This document shows positions 25,269 through 37,362 of a DNA stretch of 64,000 nucleotides, in pieces. The stretch's first letter is position 1, and every line of letters begins with the position of its first letter. Made by a program: the position numbers and the translations under genes. The notes below the pieces were generated by a model. That model saw only the letters and a list, made by a program, of their open reading frames with translations, made no database searches and had not been told where the DNA came from. Source of the stretch: Neoechinorhynchus agilis. Lineage: Eukaryota; Animalia; Acanthocephala. The stretch spans positions 1,302,001 through 1,366,000 of the forward strand of contig CM121341.1 in the NCBI GenBank assembly GCA_051530055.1. The letters run 5' to 3'.

Positions 25269-27566
25269 TGGTGAAACTAAATGTTTGGTTTAATGAATAG
25301 AATTCGGAAATTTAATAAAAGTGTCGCGTTCTATCTTGACTAAGACGAATGATCCGGGATTTTTCAGAGCGCATATATATACCTATGGCTTAGAAACAAT
25401 GATTTGACGAATGAGCTTGTTTTGTACACATCGCTAATACAGTTTCGTGGGAGCTCCTTGGTTGTGTTTTCCACAATGTTTTCTTCCTTTAGAATATGCA
25501 AGTGTTAATCTTTTCGTGTGTCACGACTTTGTAACGAGCAAATGTTTTGCAAAACAAAAGCTAGTAATATTGTAAATTAACGGGCGTTAAAGAACATAAA
25601 AAGTTTGAACTTTTGAAAGCCGGTTATGTTCGTTTAGGAAATTAAAATACTACCTTTTTTAACAGCTTGTATTCTACCCAACAACCTTCTGTAATGCAAA
25701 ATATTATTTGCTTTGGACGTTAGCCTTGTGAAATACTACTTGATTTTCCAGTCGCATTATTCATAAAACAAAATTTTGCTTTTAAAAAGACATGCAAATT
25801 TTTTTTGATCGGAACAGTATTCGAAAATAAAAAATTTTACGCAATTGTAAATTTCCTTCAAATTCAGTACAAGTGGTTTTTACCGTAGGATCACTGCAAA
25901 GCGAAAAACCCGATTTTGTTCCGTGCTATTCGGTTTTTTGTATGACAAACTTTTGTGTATTTGACTCTGAATGTCAATGTTACTGAACGATTTTTCTAAC
26001 TATTTTTTCGTGCCATGTATTGGCCTCGCCTAGCTTGCGTTTATATTTGCCTTACTTGCAAAGTTAAGGATTAAGGCGCAACGCAAGGAACAATCGAATT
26101 TTTTTTCTTTGAATAAATTACATAGCAGAAAGTTAACTATTAAAATTTAATTGTCAGTGCTTGCAACGCTTCTTTGATCTCATTGGCGGCCGCGAAGTAT
26201 TTAATGCTTCATGCGCCAATAATATTTCTACTGAAATTTCAAATGAGTGTGGTTTCAGTAAGCGAAAATACAAAACGTTTATACTATTTTGAGGCCATGT
26301 GAAACTCAATAAGACCAAATAAATAGCTAATGCGAAGCCGTAATACTTTCTTACTGGCTGAATTGTATAATTGTGTTAATCAAATTGATCGAACGATTCG
26401 TTTTTCTAGGAAAATTGTTTCAAATCAAATCCGTTCGACACAATTTCTATTTTATTTTTGTTTCATGCCTTTCTAGGTTTAATGAGAGTTACGATGCACA
26501 CCATAAAACTAATTGTAACCAAAGCCAACAATATAATTGCACGAATAATCGATTTCCAATTGATGCTTTTTGGCACCACTTTTCATGCTAAAATGTTTTG
26601 TGAGAATATTGCGACATTATTTCTTAAATAGTGTCTTGGAAGTTCATTTTATGGAAACATGACATTACGAATATAATTTATGCATTGAGTTTTCCTGTAT
26701 CTCTTCTGAATTTAATGGAGAATCTACGACTTTAATTTGAATGCTTGACGCTTGCAAGTTCTACTTTAGCAACATCTCAAGGATTAAAATATGTTCACAG
26801 TTATATGAGATTAATGAAGCATTCTTAAAAACAATATTTTTAGAACATAAGCTAGCAAGCTAAGGATTCAAACAATCTGACGGAAAATTGAAAGCAATTA
26901 AAAGCGAAGATTAAAATGATACGATAAATTAATAAAATAAAAATGCGATGAAAATTATGCTTTGTTTTAACATATAAGAATCTCCAGTGTTGGCCAAAAA
27001 CGGTCGTAAATTCCGCAGTCATTGCCCTTTATTTCGAAAGTGATTAGGGTTCTCAATCGTTTTAGTATTAAAGTATGACGAAATTTTTAACCGGTTAGGT
27101 GAAAAAAATTTTATAAGAGAAACAAATTTTACTGATTTTTTAATAAAACGCTTATTTGCAATGGAGTATAAACATAAATATGCAAGAAATTTGGGAATGT
27201 TCGCTCAATTTCATTTCTTGTGATACGTTCATCAAAATTATATTCGTAGCATTTGAAAAATTTCATATTGTTCAAGGGCAAAGTGTTTGCAAAAACACTT
27301 TTTATTTCTCTGTTCCCGAAGAAAAAGAAACCATGAACCATATTGATGACCTTTTAAGTTCATGCATCGAAAATCTAGTGCAAAGCGTCCTGCTGATAAT
27401 AAATTATAGGACCTATTTTGTGCAAAACTTATATTCTTATTTTCGTTTACGAAGTCGTTAAATACAAATTTAGAAAACATTAAGGTAAAATGTCAAATTT
27501 GCGTACGAAGACTTGTGATAGGGCCAATCAATAATCTCATCTTTCAATACATTCTACGTAGCTCGT

Positions 27567-28677
27567 CTCGCTGAGAATTACTTATAAAGACCATCGAGAG
27601 AATTTTTGTTAACGTGAAATAGTGATTGCGATTTTTTTTGCGTAAAATTAAAAAAACCATCACAACGGAATTTTCTGAATTCCAATGAAGCTACGCAGCA
27701 ATTACGGTCTCACATTTCAAAAAAATAAATTCTATATTTCAGTCAATGGCACAAAACAATGTTGGCATAAAATCGATATCGGAAATAAAAGCATCCAAGT
27801 TTACAACTAAAAATCATGCATTTATACTGGCAAGCATGAATTTAATAACAAGAACGGCGATATTCGAGCGACCAATTTTAGCTTGAATTATCGCATTGTA
27901 ACTTTTTTACATCCTTGTTTTTGAGACGATTTTTATATCTTTAAAATCGATCGAAACGGGTTTAGTTGATGAATTGATCGTTTACTTTTTGGTCCCAAAA
28001 GCGATTACACGAATTATTCGTGAAAATAACAAAAAGGCATTACGGTAAAAACTAAAACTGAATGAACTTAGCAAACGCGAGTGTCCAAAGATGAAATTTA
28101 TTTTTACTATAATAAAAAAATGTCACTTAGACAAACATTTCTTAGTTCGTTCAATGCGCATGCAGTAACCCAAGCGTGGTTTTATCTGAGACCAAATTTT
28201 TAAATCAAAGAATTAATTCTTCGTGGCGTCGAATGACTTTTTGTATCCCTTCTAAAAAACGATTGAATGTATTCAGCTTCGTTAAAATTTGTTTAGATTT
28301 CGTTTTCCTATTCCTGAAACGCAAAGAAGGTCCTCGTGATCGAGTTTGCGAGTGAGAAAGCAATTGATCTTTGCAGAAAAAACCCCAATTCCACCAACAA
28401 TTGATTTCCAATTGACCCTTCTTGGAACCACTTTTCCGGATACAATGTTTTTAGACATTATTCAAGCATCTGTTAGACTGGTTGAATGTACCGTTGATTC
28501 TATAGTCGAGGACGTTGACCTTTCAGTTGTTGCAGTGCAAATCAAAAATTCATTGACTTTAAACGCTTCCAAGATTGTAGATTCACTTAAAATAATAAAA
28601 GATATGATTTATAATTTAATTCTTCTGATACATTTCCAGGTGATTCGCCCTCCACACTTCAGGGGTTAAAGTTGAAG
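27567..28677. other. 1.1-kb insertion unique to the right arm, flanked by 17-bp direct repeats; contains an exon-like fragment
   Basis: CATTCTACGTAGCTCGT at 27550-27566 and 28678-28694; only one copy (5907-5923, reverse complement) and no insert in the left arm. Confidence 0.85.
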
Positions 28678-28702
28678 CATTCTACGTAGCTCGTTTTGCG
28701 AA

Positions 28703-31700
28703 AGCGCGCGCACAACGCTGTTTTTGTCTCTGTGACGTTGCGGCGTTCGGTCTTGTTCACTACGTCGCTAAGCGTGCGCACAACTCGATTGTTTTTTATT
28801 TGACGATAGCGGCGTTCGGTCTTGTTCAATACTTCGTTTAACGTGAACACAAGGATGTTGTTGTGTATCTGACGTTTGCGACGTAATGTCTCGTCCACTA
28901 CGTCTTTTAGCGCGCGCACAACGCTGTTTTTGTCTATGTGACGTTGCTGCGTTCTATCTTGTTCACTAAGTCGCTAAGCGTGCGCACAACTCGATTGTTG
29001 TTTATTTGACGTTAGCGGCGTTCGGTCTTGTTCAATACTTCGTTAAACGTGAACACGTGGATGTTGTTGTGTATCTGACGTTTGCGACGTAATGTCTCGT
29101 CCACTACGTCTTTTAGCGCGCGCACAACGCTGTTTTTGTCTCTGTGGCGTTGCGGCGTTCGGTCCTGTTCACTACGTCGCTAAGCGTGCGCACAACTAGA
29201 TTGTTGTTTATTTGACGTTAGCGGCGTTCGGTTTTGTTCAATACTTCGTTAAACGTGAACACAAGGATGTTGTTGTGAATCTGACGTTTGCGACGTTATG
29301 TCTCGTCCACTAAGTCTTTTAGCGCGCAAGACGCCGTTTTTGTCTCTGTGATGTTGCGGCGTTCGGTCTTGTTCACTACGTCGCTAGGCGTGCGCACAAC
29401 TCGATTGTTGTTTATTTGACGTTAGCGGCGTTCGGTCTTGTTCAATACTTCGTTAAACGTGAACACAAGGATGCTGTTGTGTATCTGACGTTTGCGACGT
29501 AATGTCTCGTCCAACTACGTCTTTTTGCGTGCGCACAACGCTGTTTTTGTCTCCGTGACGTTGCGGCGTTCGAGATAACATTCACGTCGCTAGGCGTGCG
29601 CACAACTCGATTGTTGTTTATTTGACGTTAGCGGCGTTCGGTCTTGTTCAATACTTCGTTAAACGTGAACACAAGGATGTTGTTGTGTATCTGACGTTTG
29701 CGACGTAATGTCTCGTCCACTACGTCACATTAGCGCGCGCACAACGCTGTTTTTGTCTCTGTTCCCGTTGCGGCGTTCGGTCTTGTTCACTACGTCGCTA
29801 AGCGTGCGCACAACTCGATTGTTGTTTATTTGACGTTAGCGGCGTTCGGTCTTGTTCAATACTTCGTTAAACGTGAACACAAGGATGTTGTTGTGTATCT
29901 GACGTTTGCGACGTAATGTCTCGTCCACTACGTCTTTTTGCGCGCACAACGCTGTTTTTGTCTCTGTGGCGTTTCGGCGTTCGGTCTTGTTCAATACTTC
30001 TTTAAACGTGAACACGTGGATGTTGTTGTGTATCTGACGTTTGCGACGTAATGTCTCGTCCACTACGTCTTTTAGCGCGCACACAACGCTGTTATTGTCT
30101 CTGTGACGTTGCGGCGTTCGGTCTTGTTCACTACGTCGCAAAGCGTGCGCACAACTCGATTGTTTTTTATTTGACGTTAGCGGCATTCGGTCTTGTTCAT
30201 TACTTGGTTAAACGTGAACACAAGGATGTTGTTGTGTATCTGACGTTTACGACGTAATGTCTCGTCCACTACGTCTTTTAGCGCGCGCACAACGCTGTTT
30301 TGTCTCTGTGACGTTGCGGCGTTCGGTCTTGTTCACTACGTCGCTAGGCGTGCGCACAACTCGATTGTTGTTTATTTGACGTTAGCGGCGTTCGGTCTTG
30401 TTCAACACTTCGTTAAACGTGAACACGTGGATGTTGTTGTGTATCTGACGTTTGCGACGTAATGTCTCGTCCACTACGTCTGTTAGCGCGCGCACAACGC
30501 TGTTTTTGTCTCTGTGACGTTGCGGCGTTCGGTCTTGTTCAATACTTCGTTAAACGTGAACACGTGGATGTTGTTGTGTATCTGACGTTTGCGACGTAAT
30601 GTCTCGTCCACTACGTCTTTTAGCGCGCGAACAACGCTGTTTTTGTATCTGCGACGTTGCGGCGTTCGGTCTTGTTCACTGCGTCGCTAAGCGTGCGCAC
30701 AACTCGATTGTTGTTTATTTGACGTTAGCGGCGTTCGGTTTTGTTCAATACTTCGTTAAACGTGAACACAAGGATGTTGTTGTGTATCTGACGTTTGCGA
30801 CGTAATGTCTCGTCCAACTACGTCTGTTAGCGCGAACAACGCTGTTTTTTTGTCTCTGTGACGTTGCGGCGTTCGGTCTTGTTCACTACGTCGCTAAGCG
30901 TGCGCACAACTCGATTGTTGTTTATTTGACGTTAGCGGCTTTCGGTCTTGTTCAATACTTCGTTAAACGTGAACACAAGGATGTTGTTGTGTATCTGACG
31001 TTTGCGACGTAATGTCTCGTCCACTACGTCTTTTAGCGCGCACAACGCTGTTTTGTCTGTGGCGTTGCAGGCGTTCGGTCTTGTTCACCATGTCGCTAAG
31101 CGTGCGCACAACTCGATTGTTGTTTAGGCTGACGTTAGCGGCGTTCGGTCTTGTTCAATACTTCGTTAAACGTGAACACAACGATGTTGTTGTGTATCTG
31201 ACGTTTGCGACGTAATCTCTCGTCCACTACGTCTTTTAGCGCGCGCACAACGCTGTTTTTGTATCTGTGACGTTGCGGCGTTCGGTCTTGTTCACTACGT
31301 CGCTAAGCGTGCGCACAACTCGATTGTTGTTTATTTGACGTTAGCGGCGTTCGGTCTTGTTCAATACTTCGTTAAACGTGAACACAAGGATGTTGTTGTG
31401 TATCTGACGTTTGCGACGTAATGTCTCGTCCACTACTTCTTTTTCGCGCGCGCACAACGCTGTTTTTGTCTCTGTGACGTTGCGGCGTTCGGTCTTGTTC
31501 ACTACGTCGCTAAGCGTGCGCACAACTCGATTGTTGTTTATTTGACGTTAGCGGCTTTCGGTCTTGTTCAATACTTCGTTAAACGTGAACACAACGATGT
31601 TGTTGTGTATCTGACGTTTGCGACGTAATGTCTCGTCCACTACGTCTTTTACCGCGCGCACAACGCTGTTTTTGTCTTTGTGACGTTGCGGCGTTCGGTC

Positions 31701-33507
31701 CTGTTCACTACGTCGCTAAGCGTGTGCACTACTCGATTGTTGTTTATTTGATGTTAGCGGCGTTCGGTCTTGTTCAATACTTCGTTAAACGTGAACACGT
31801 GGATGTTGTTGTGTATCTGACGTTTGCGACGCAATGTCTCGTCCACTACGTCTTTCAGCGCGCGCACAACGCTGTTTTTGTCTCTGTGACGTTGCGGCGT
31901 TCGGTCTTGTTCACTACGTCGCTAAGCGTGCGCACAACTCGATTGTTGTTTATTTGACGCTAGCGGCGTTCGGTCTTATTCAATACTTCGTTAAACGTGA
32001 ACACAAGGATGTTGTTGTGTATCTGACGTTTGCGACGTAATGTCTCGTCCACTACGTCTTTTAGCGCGCGCACAACGCTGTTTTTGTCTCTGTGGCGTTG
32101 CGGCGTTCGGTCTTGTTCACCATGTCGCTAAGCGTGCGCACAACTCGATTGTTGTTTATTTGACGTTAGCGGCGTTCGGTCTTGTTCAATACTTCGTTAA
32201 ACGTGAACACAACGATGTTGTTGTGTATCTGACGTTTGCGACGTAATGTCTCGTCCACTACGTCTTTTTTGCGCGCGCACAACGCTGTTTTTGTCTCTGT
32301 GACGTTGCGGCGTTCGGTCTTGTTCACTACGTCGCTAAGCGTGCGCACAACTCGATTGTTGTTTCTTTGACGTTAGCGGCGTTCGGTCTTGTTCAATACT
32401 TCGTTAAACGTGAACACAAGGATGTTGTTGTGTATCTGACATTTGCGACGTAATGTCTCGTCCACTACGTCTTTTTTGCGCGCGCACAACGCTGTTTTTG
32501 TCTCTGTGACGTTGCGGCGTTCGGTCTTGTTCACCACGTCGCTAAGCGTGCGCACAACTCGATTGTTGTTTATTTGACGTTAGCGGCTTTCGGTCTTATT
32601 CAATACTTCGTTAAACGTGAACACAACGATGTTGTTGTGTATCTGACGTTTGCGACGTAATGTCTCGTCCACAACGTCTTTTACCGCGCGCACAACGCTG
32701 TTTTTGTCTTTGTGACGTTGCGGCGTTCGGTCCTGTTCACTACGTCGCTAAGCGTGTGCACTACTCGATTGTTGTTTATTTGATGTTAGCGGGGCGTTCG
32801 GTCTTGTCCAATACTTCGTTAAACGTGAACACGTGGATGTTGTTGTGTATCTGACGTTTGCGACGCAATGTCTCGTCCACTACGTCTTTCGGCGCGCGCA
32901 CAACGCTGTTTTTGTCTCTGTGACGTTGCGGCGTTCGGTCTTGTTCACTACGTCGCTAAGCGTGCGCACAACTCGATTGTTGTTTATTTGACGCTAGCGG
33001 CGTTCGGTCTTATTCAATACTTCGTTAAACGTGAACACAAGGATGTTGTTGTGTATCTGACGTTTGCGACGTAATGTCTCGTCCAACTACGTCTTTTAGC
33101 GCGCACAACGCTGCTTTTGTCTCTGTGACGTTGCGGCGTCTGGTCTTGTTCACTACGTCGCTAAGCGTGCGCACAACTCGATTGTTGTTTATTTGACGTT
33201 AGCGACGTTCGGTCTTGTTCAATTCTTCGTTAAACGTGAACACGTGGATGTTGTTGTGTATCTGACGTTTGCGACGTAATGTCTCGTCCACTACGTCTTT
33301 TTGCGCGCGCACAACGCTGTTTTTGTCTCTGTGACGTTGCGGCGTTCGGTCTTGTTAGCTACGTCGCTAAGCGTGCGCACAACTGGATTGTTGTTTATTT
33401 GACGTTAGCGGCTTTCGGTCTTGTTCAATACTTCGTTAAACGTGAACACAAGGATGTTGTTGTGTATCTGACGTTTGCGACGTAATGTCTCGTCCACTAC
33501 GTCTTTT
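28703..33507 (-). repeat. Tandem array of the 206-bp unit, ~23-24 units, some lacking a monomer
   Basis: Reverse complement of the left-arm unit; shortened units at e.g. ~29940-30000 and ~30490-30545. Confidence 0.95.
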
Positions 33508-33948
33508 AGCGCGCGCACAACGCTGTTGTTGTCTCTATTAATATGCAACGTTCGGTCTTGTTTACTCAGTTGTAGAAGGCGCACAACGCTGTTGTTGTCT
33601 ATCTGACGAACGTGACGTGAGGTATTTTTAAATCCTTTATTGAAGGCGTTCGTCCCGTTGTTGTTGTTGTCTATCTGACGGACGTATGGTATTGTTGTAT
33701 CTGGAGTCACCATGTTTGTTCGAAAATCGCATGTAATATTGATTTGAAAACCTATTCATATCTGAAAAAGTGTTAGAGATTCTATTCCATAATTGGAATG
33801 GTCGTTGCATCATAATTGTTCTGCACTTGGGTTCTTGCCGATCTTTACGTATATAAAGGCTTCGTTCAGAGATCTTTTTCGATTTGGACAAAAGTGAGTT
33901 CATTTTCTAAGCGGCTTTACACTGTTTTTAATTTCGGTTTCGTGGATA

Positions 33949-34155
33949 ATGTCAACTGCGTCCAGGGTTGTCCTGTTCACTTCTATGGCGTTCACATGTT
34001 CAATAGCAATTGGCGTTAGTTATTGGAGTCACGTTCAACGCAAAAGGAGAACTACTTCTGCCTTCATTGAGATCGGCAGGCGAAACAGTTTAGAAAAAGC
34101 GAGCACCGATTCGAGGAGTAAAGAGTCAAGCTTTGTCCATTCTTTTTTCAAATGA
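33949..34155 (+). CDS. Duplicated PET117-like small ORF
   Basis: Identical translation to 3064-3270. Confidence 0.3.
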   Translation: MSTASRVVLFTSMAFTCSIAIGVSYWSHVQRKRRTTSAFIEIGRRNSLEKASTDSRSKESSFVHSFFK

Positions 34156-34215
34156 GATTTTCTGTCAATGTTCCCTTTCCATAAACGCTGGTTACATTTT
34201 AGATTCTCGAAAATG

Positions 34216-35033
34216 ACGGCCGGATGCACTTACTGACGCCAACCCTCCTCATCCAGGCTTGGGACCGGCACCCAGTTTCCTCGATGGCTGGGTTCTTGAA
34301 GACAAATAATATCCTGATCAATATGATTGAAGAATTAAGTTTATTAAAATCCGCGGCTCCGCCGGAGTTCCACTGGAGGCAGTGACGATTTAGTGGTGCT
34401 GGGCAGGTCCCACTGGGCATCATTCGATGGAAATGGGCTCCAAAAATGCATGCGAGTCGCTAGTAATGATTTTACTGGCCGCTATCAACACAGCGTGGAG
34501 CCTTCTTGTTCACTTTGTCACGGGCCCTTGATGTTGGAGTTGACATTCGACATTGAGGCGAATTGGTTGAAAGTAGCTAGTTGCGCTAATGTAAGTAGCT
34601 TGTGAATATGTTCAGCTTGTTGATTCTGCAAAGTATTGAAGAGCGTTGTTATACGCTGCGACACTTCTTCCAATAGTTTCTCAAAGATTCTCTGACATAT
34701 GACATTCTCATTCAATGTAGTTCGATCATTGTCAGCAACGTCCTTAGCAGTAACAACGTTTTTAGACACCATCGCAAGATTCTTATTTCCAGTAACAGCC
34801 TTGGTAGAAAGCGGCTTGCGGGCATTCACATACTCCTTGAAGCAACGGCAGACGTAGCGAATATCGTTGCCGCCCTGAGTTTGCTGTGTAAATTGTTTCG
34901 GTGGTTGCGTTTCTTGTGAAGGAAATTTCCATACATTGGAAAATCCATCGTTTAGCACATAACACTTGCACTTGGTTCACGTCCGCTTCTACCACTGCCA
35001 GAATGTCATATATCATTGTCTTCGGGGTGAATT
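34216..35033 (-). mobile_element. Fragment of an APE-type LINE (ORF1 end plus start of ORF2 endonuclease)
   Basis: CLQWNSGG followed, after a frameshift, by DIICLQEP (APE motifs). The upstream ORF1-like segment has CRCFKEY. Truncated at both ends. Confidence 0.6.
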
Positions 35034-35081
35034 TGATTGTGCGTTGGCGAATCCTGCCCCCGGTGCTTTCGTTACTCATTT

Positions 35082-35128
35082 ATATTCGAAATATTTCACA
35101 AGGTTTTCCTTGCCTCTTCAGTCGATAT
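35082..35128 (-). ncRNA. Minimal type I hammerhead ribozyme in the PLE pLTR (sense to the PLE ORF)
   Basis: AUAUCGA-CUGAAGA-G-GCAAGG-AAAA-CCUUGU-GAAA-UAUU-UCGAAUAU; PLE pLTRs are known to carry minimal hammerheads. Confidence 0.7.
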
Positions 35129-36361
35129 CTAAAATGGAGGATATGGACATCATGCACAGCCGGTCACGTCTGGGTGTAGCTCAGATCCGCGGGTTTGCTA
35201 ATACCCGAAGTGTGGGGAGTTCCATCCGCGCACACCTCTTGCGGTTTGTTGCCGACTAATTTGCCCGTCATGCTACGCAACATTGGTAGCACCAGCGTAT
35301 GGTTAGATTTGTTGCCTTCCATCGTCGAATTTCCTCGGATGTGAATGGCCTCCAGAATCAGTCTTCTCCTCAGATTCGGTTCCCTGGTTAGGAATGCCGC
35401 CTTTTCGAAATCTACCCTGTGCTGGATTGTTTGCTGGTGGTTCGATATGGCAGAGGATTTATCGAATGTCCTGCATGCTTGTTTGTGCTGCGAGATCCGC
35501 TTTCCGATCCCTTGCATGGTTTGTCCAATGTAGACCTTTGGGCATTCTGCACATGGGATTTTGTATATCCCTGATTTTGCCTCTTGACTGGGTTTCCTCT
35601 TGAGAATGCCCGCAATGGATGCGCCCCGTTTGTTGTAGATAAAGATATTTGGAACGAGGTAGTTCAGGCGCCTCAGTTTTCCGGTCGCATTGTCACTTAT
35701 GTGGTTGAAGCCAGCGTATTTGGGGGAGATGTTTGCGGTATCCTTCTTCTTGGGATGCCCGCTATGTGTTGCCTTTTTCAGGCTGATTTTGATGGCATAT
35801 TCAGGGAAGCCTCGTGATCTGAGAACTTTTGTGATACTTTGTTTTTCTTCTTCCCAATCCCTGCTTTCTGAAGAAATCATCCTGGCCCTCTTGAAGTAGG
35901 ACGTTGCCGCTGTTATTTTATAGTGGAACGGTTGGTGGCTCGACCAGTGAGGTGGACCCCATGGTATACCTGGCTTGCGGTAGAGCTGTGTGGATCTCGC
36001 AGCACAAACAAGCATGCAGGACATTCGATAAATCCTCTGCCATATCGAACCACCAGCAAACAATCCAGCACAGGGTAGATTTCGAAAAGGCGGCATTCCT
36101 AACCAGGGAACCGAATCTGAGGAGAAGACTGATTCTGGAGGCCATTCACATCCGAGGAAATTCGACGATGGAAGGCAACAAATCTAACCATACGCTGGTG
36201 CTACCAATGTTGCGTAGCATGACGGGCAAATTAGTCGGCAACAAACCGCAAGAGGTGTGCGCGGATGGAACTCCCCACACTTCGGGTATTAGCAAACCCG
36301 CGGATCTGAGCTACACCCAGACGTGACCGGCTGTGCATGATGTCCATATCCTCCATTTTAG

Positions 36362-36408
36362 ATATCGACTGAAGAGGCAAGGAAAACCTTGTGAAATATT
36401 TCGAATAT
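36362..36408 (+). ncRNA. Minimal hammerhead ribozyme in the inverted pLTR copy
   Basis: Identical to 35082-35128 in opposite orientation. Confidence 0.7.
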
Positions 36409-36456
36409 AAATGAGTAACGAAAGCACCGGGGGCAGGATTCGCCAACGCACAATCA

Positions 36457-37020
36457 CATGGGAGCTTCTTGGATGTGTTTTCCATAATGTTTTCTCCCCT
36501 TAGAATATGCAGGTATTAACCTTTTTGTGTGTCGTGTGTAATCAGCAAATGTTTTGCAAACAAAAACTAATAATATTGTAAACTAACAGACGTAAAAAAA
36601 CATAAAAAGTTAGAACTTTTGAAGGCCGGGTGTGTTCGTTTAGGAACTTAAAATACTACCTTCTTGAACAGCTTGCTTTCCAGCTCAAAACGTTCTGAAA
36701 TATGAAATATTATTTGCTTTGAACGTTAGCCTTGTGAAATACTACTTGATTTTCAAGCCGCATGAATGATAAAAATATTGTTTGTTTTTGAAAAACGCAT
36801 ATATTTTTCGATTGAAAGCGTAGTCTAAAATAAATTTTTTAACGCAATTGTAAATTTCCTTCAAATTCAATACAAGTGGTTTCTTACCATAACATTACTG
36901 TAAAGCGCAAACCCCGATTTCATGCATTGCTTTTCTGGTTTTTTGTACGACAAACTTTTGTGTATTTGTATCTAAATTTAAATATCACTGAACGATTTTT
37001 CTAACTATTGTTTCGTTCAA
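36457..37020 (-). repeat. Older diverged paralog of the zinc-finger gene upstream region (7480-8040), cut off by the PLE
   Basis: Shared blocks e.g. TTAGCCTTGTGAAATACTACTTGATTTT, AATTGTAAATTTCCTTCAAATTCA, GACAAACTTTTGTGTATTTG. Confidence 0.75.
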
Positions 37021-37362
37021 TGTACTAACTTTATTTTAAAAATAAAGGATCATTATTTTGCTCGTTAAGGCTTCGATCTCGTCATTTCTTATACGTTTTC
37101 CGACCGGAAATGGAAGTCGGGTCACCTGCGTGGAAAACTCTACAATTGTTTATATAGCTGCCGCTTTATGCAATTAATCGTCTGTGATCAGTTAAGATAC
37201 TTTTAAACTTGATCTTTTCTGTCTTTTGATTAGTGAAATTAAAGATAGCTGTTTAACGCGGTATAATTTTTCACGAATGCATCACTGCTCAATATTACCC
37301 GCTCGTAGTAGATGAATGCAACATGAAATTATTTATTAGAAAATCGAGGGAAACAATTTTTA

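Larger units (their letters stand above)
19370..34215 (-). repeat. Right arm of giant inverted duplication (longer array plus 1.1-kb insertion)
   Basis: Reverse complement of 3004-14118 with scattered SNPs and indels. Junctions at ..ATAATTCTGAT| (19370) and ..CGAAAATG| (34215). Confidence 0.95.
35034..36456 (-). mobile_element. 5'-truncated Penelope-like element with inverted pseudo-LTR (arms 35034-35498 and 35992-36456)
   Basis: GIY-YIG endonuclease SGIYKIPCAECPKVYIGQT..RISQH..SAISNH..LILEAIHI; RT thumb YFKRARMISS..WEEE..GFP; 465-bp inverted repeat. Confidence 0.9.

Noticed and set aside
3004-34215. Giant Foldback/Galileo-type transposon with array-containing TIRs and an ACGGCCG target-site duplication
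   Set aside because: The left flank is intact ECD coding sequence and the right flank is an unrelated LINE fragment, so the flanks do not reconstitute one target. There is no transposase in the spacer, and CGGCCG is palindromic and better read as microhomology.
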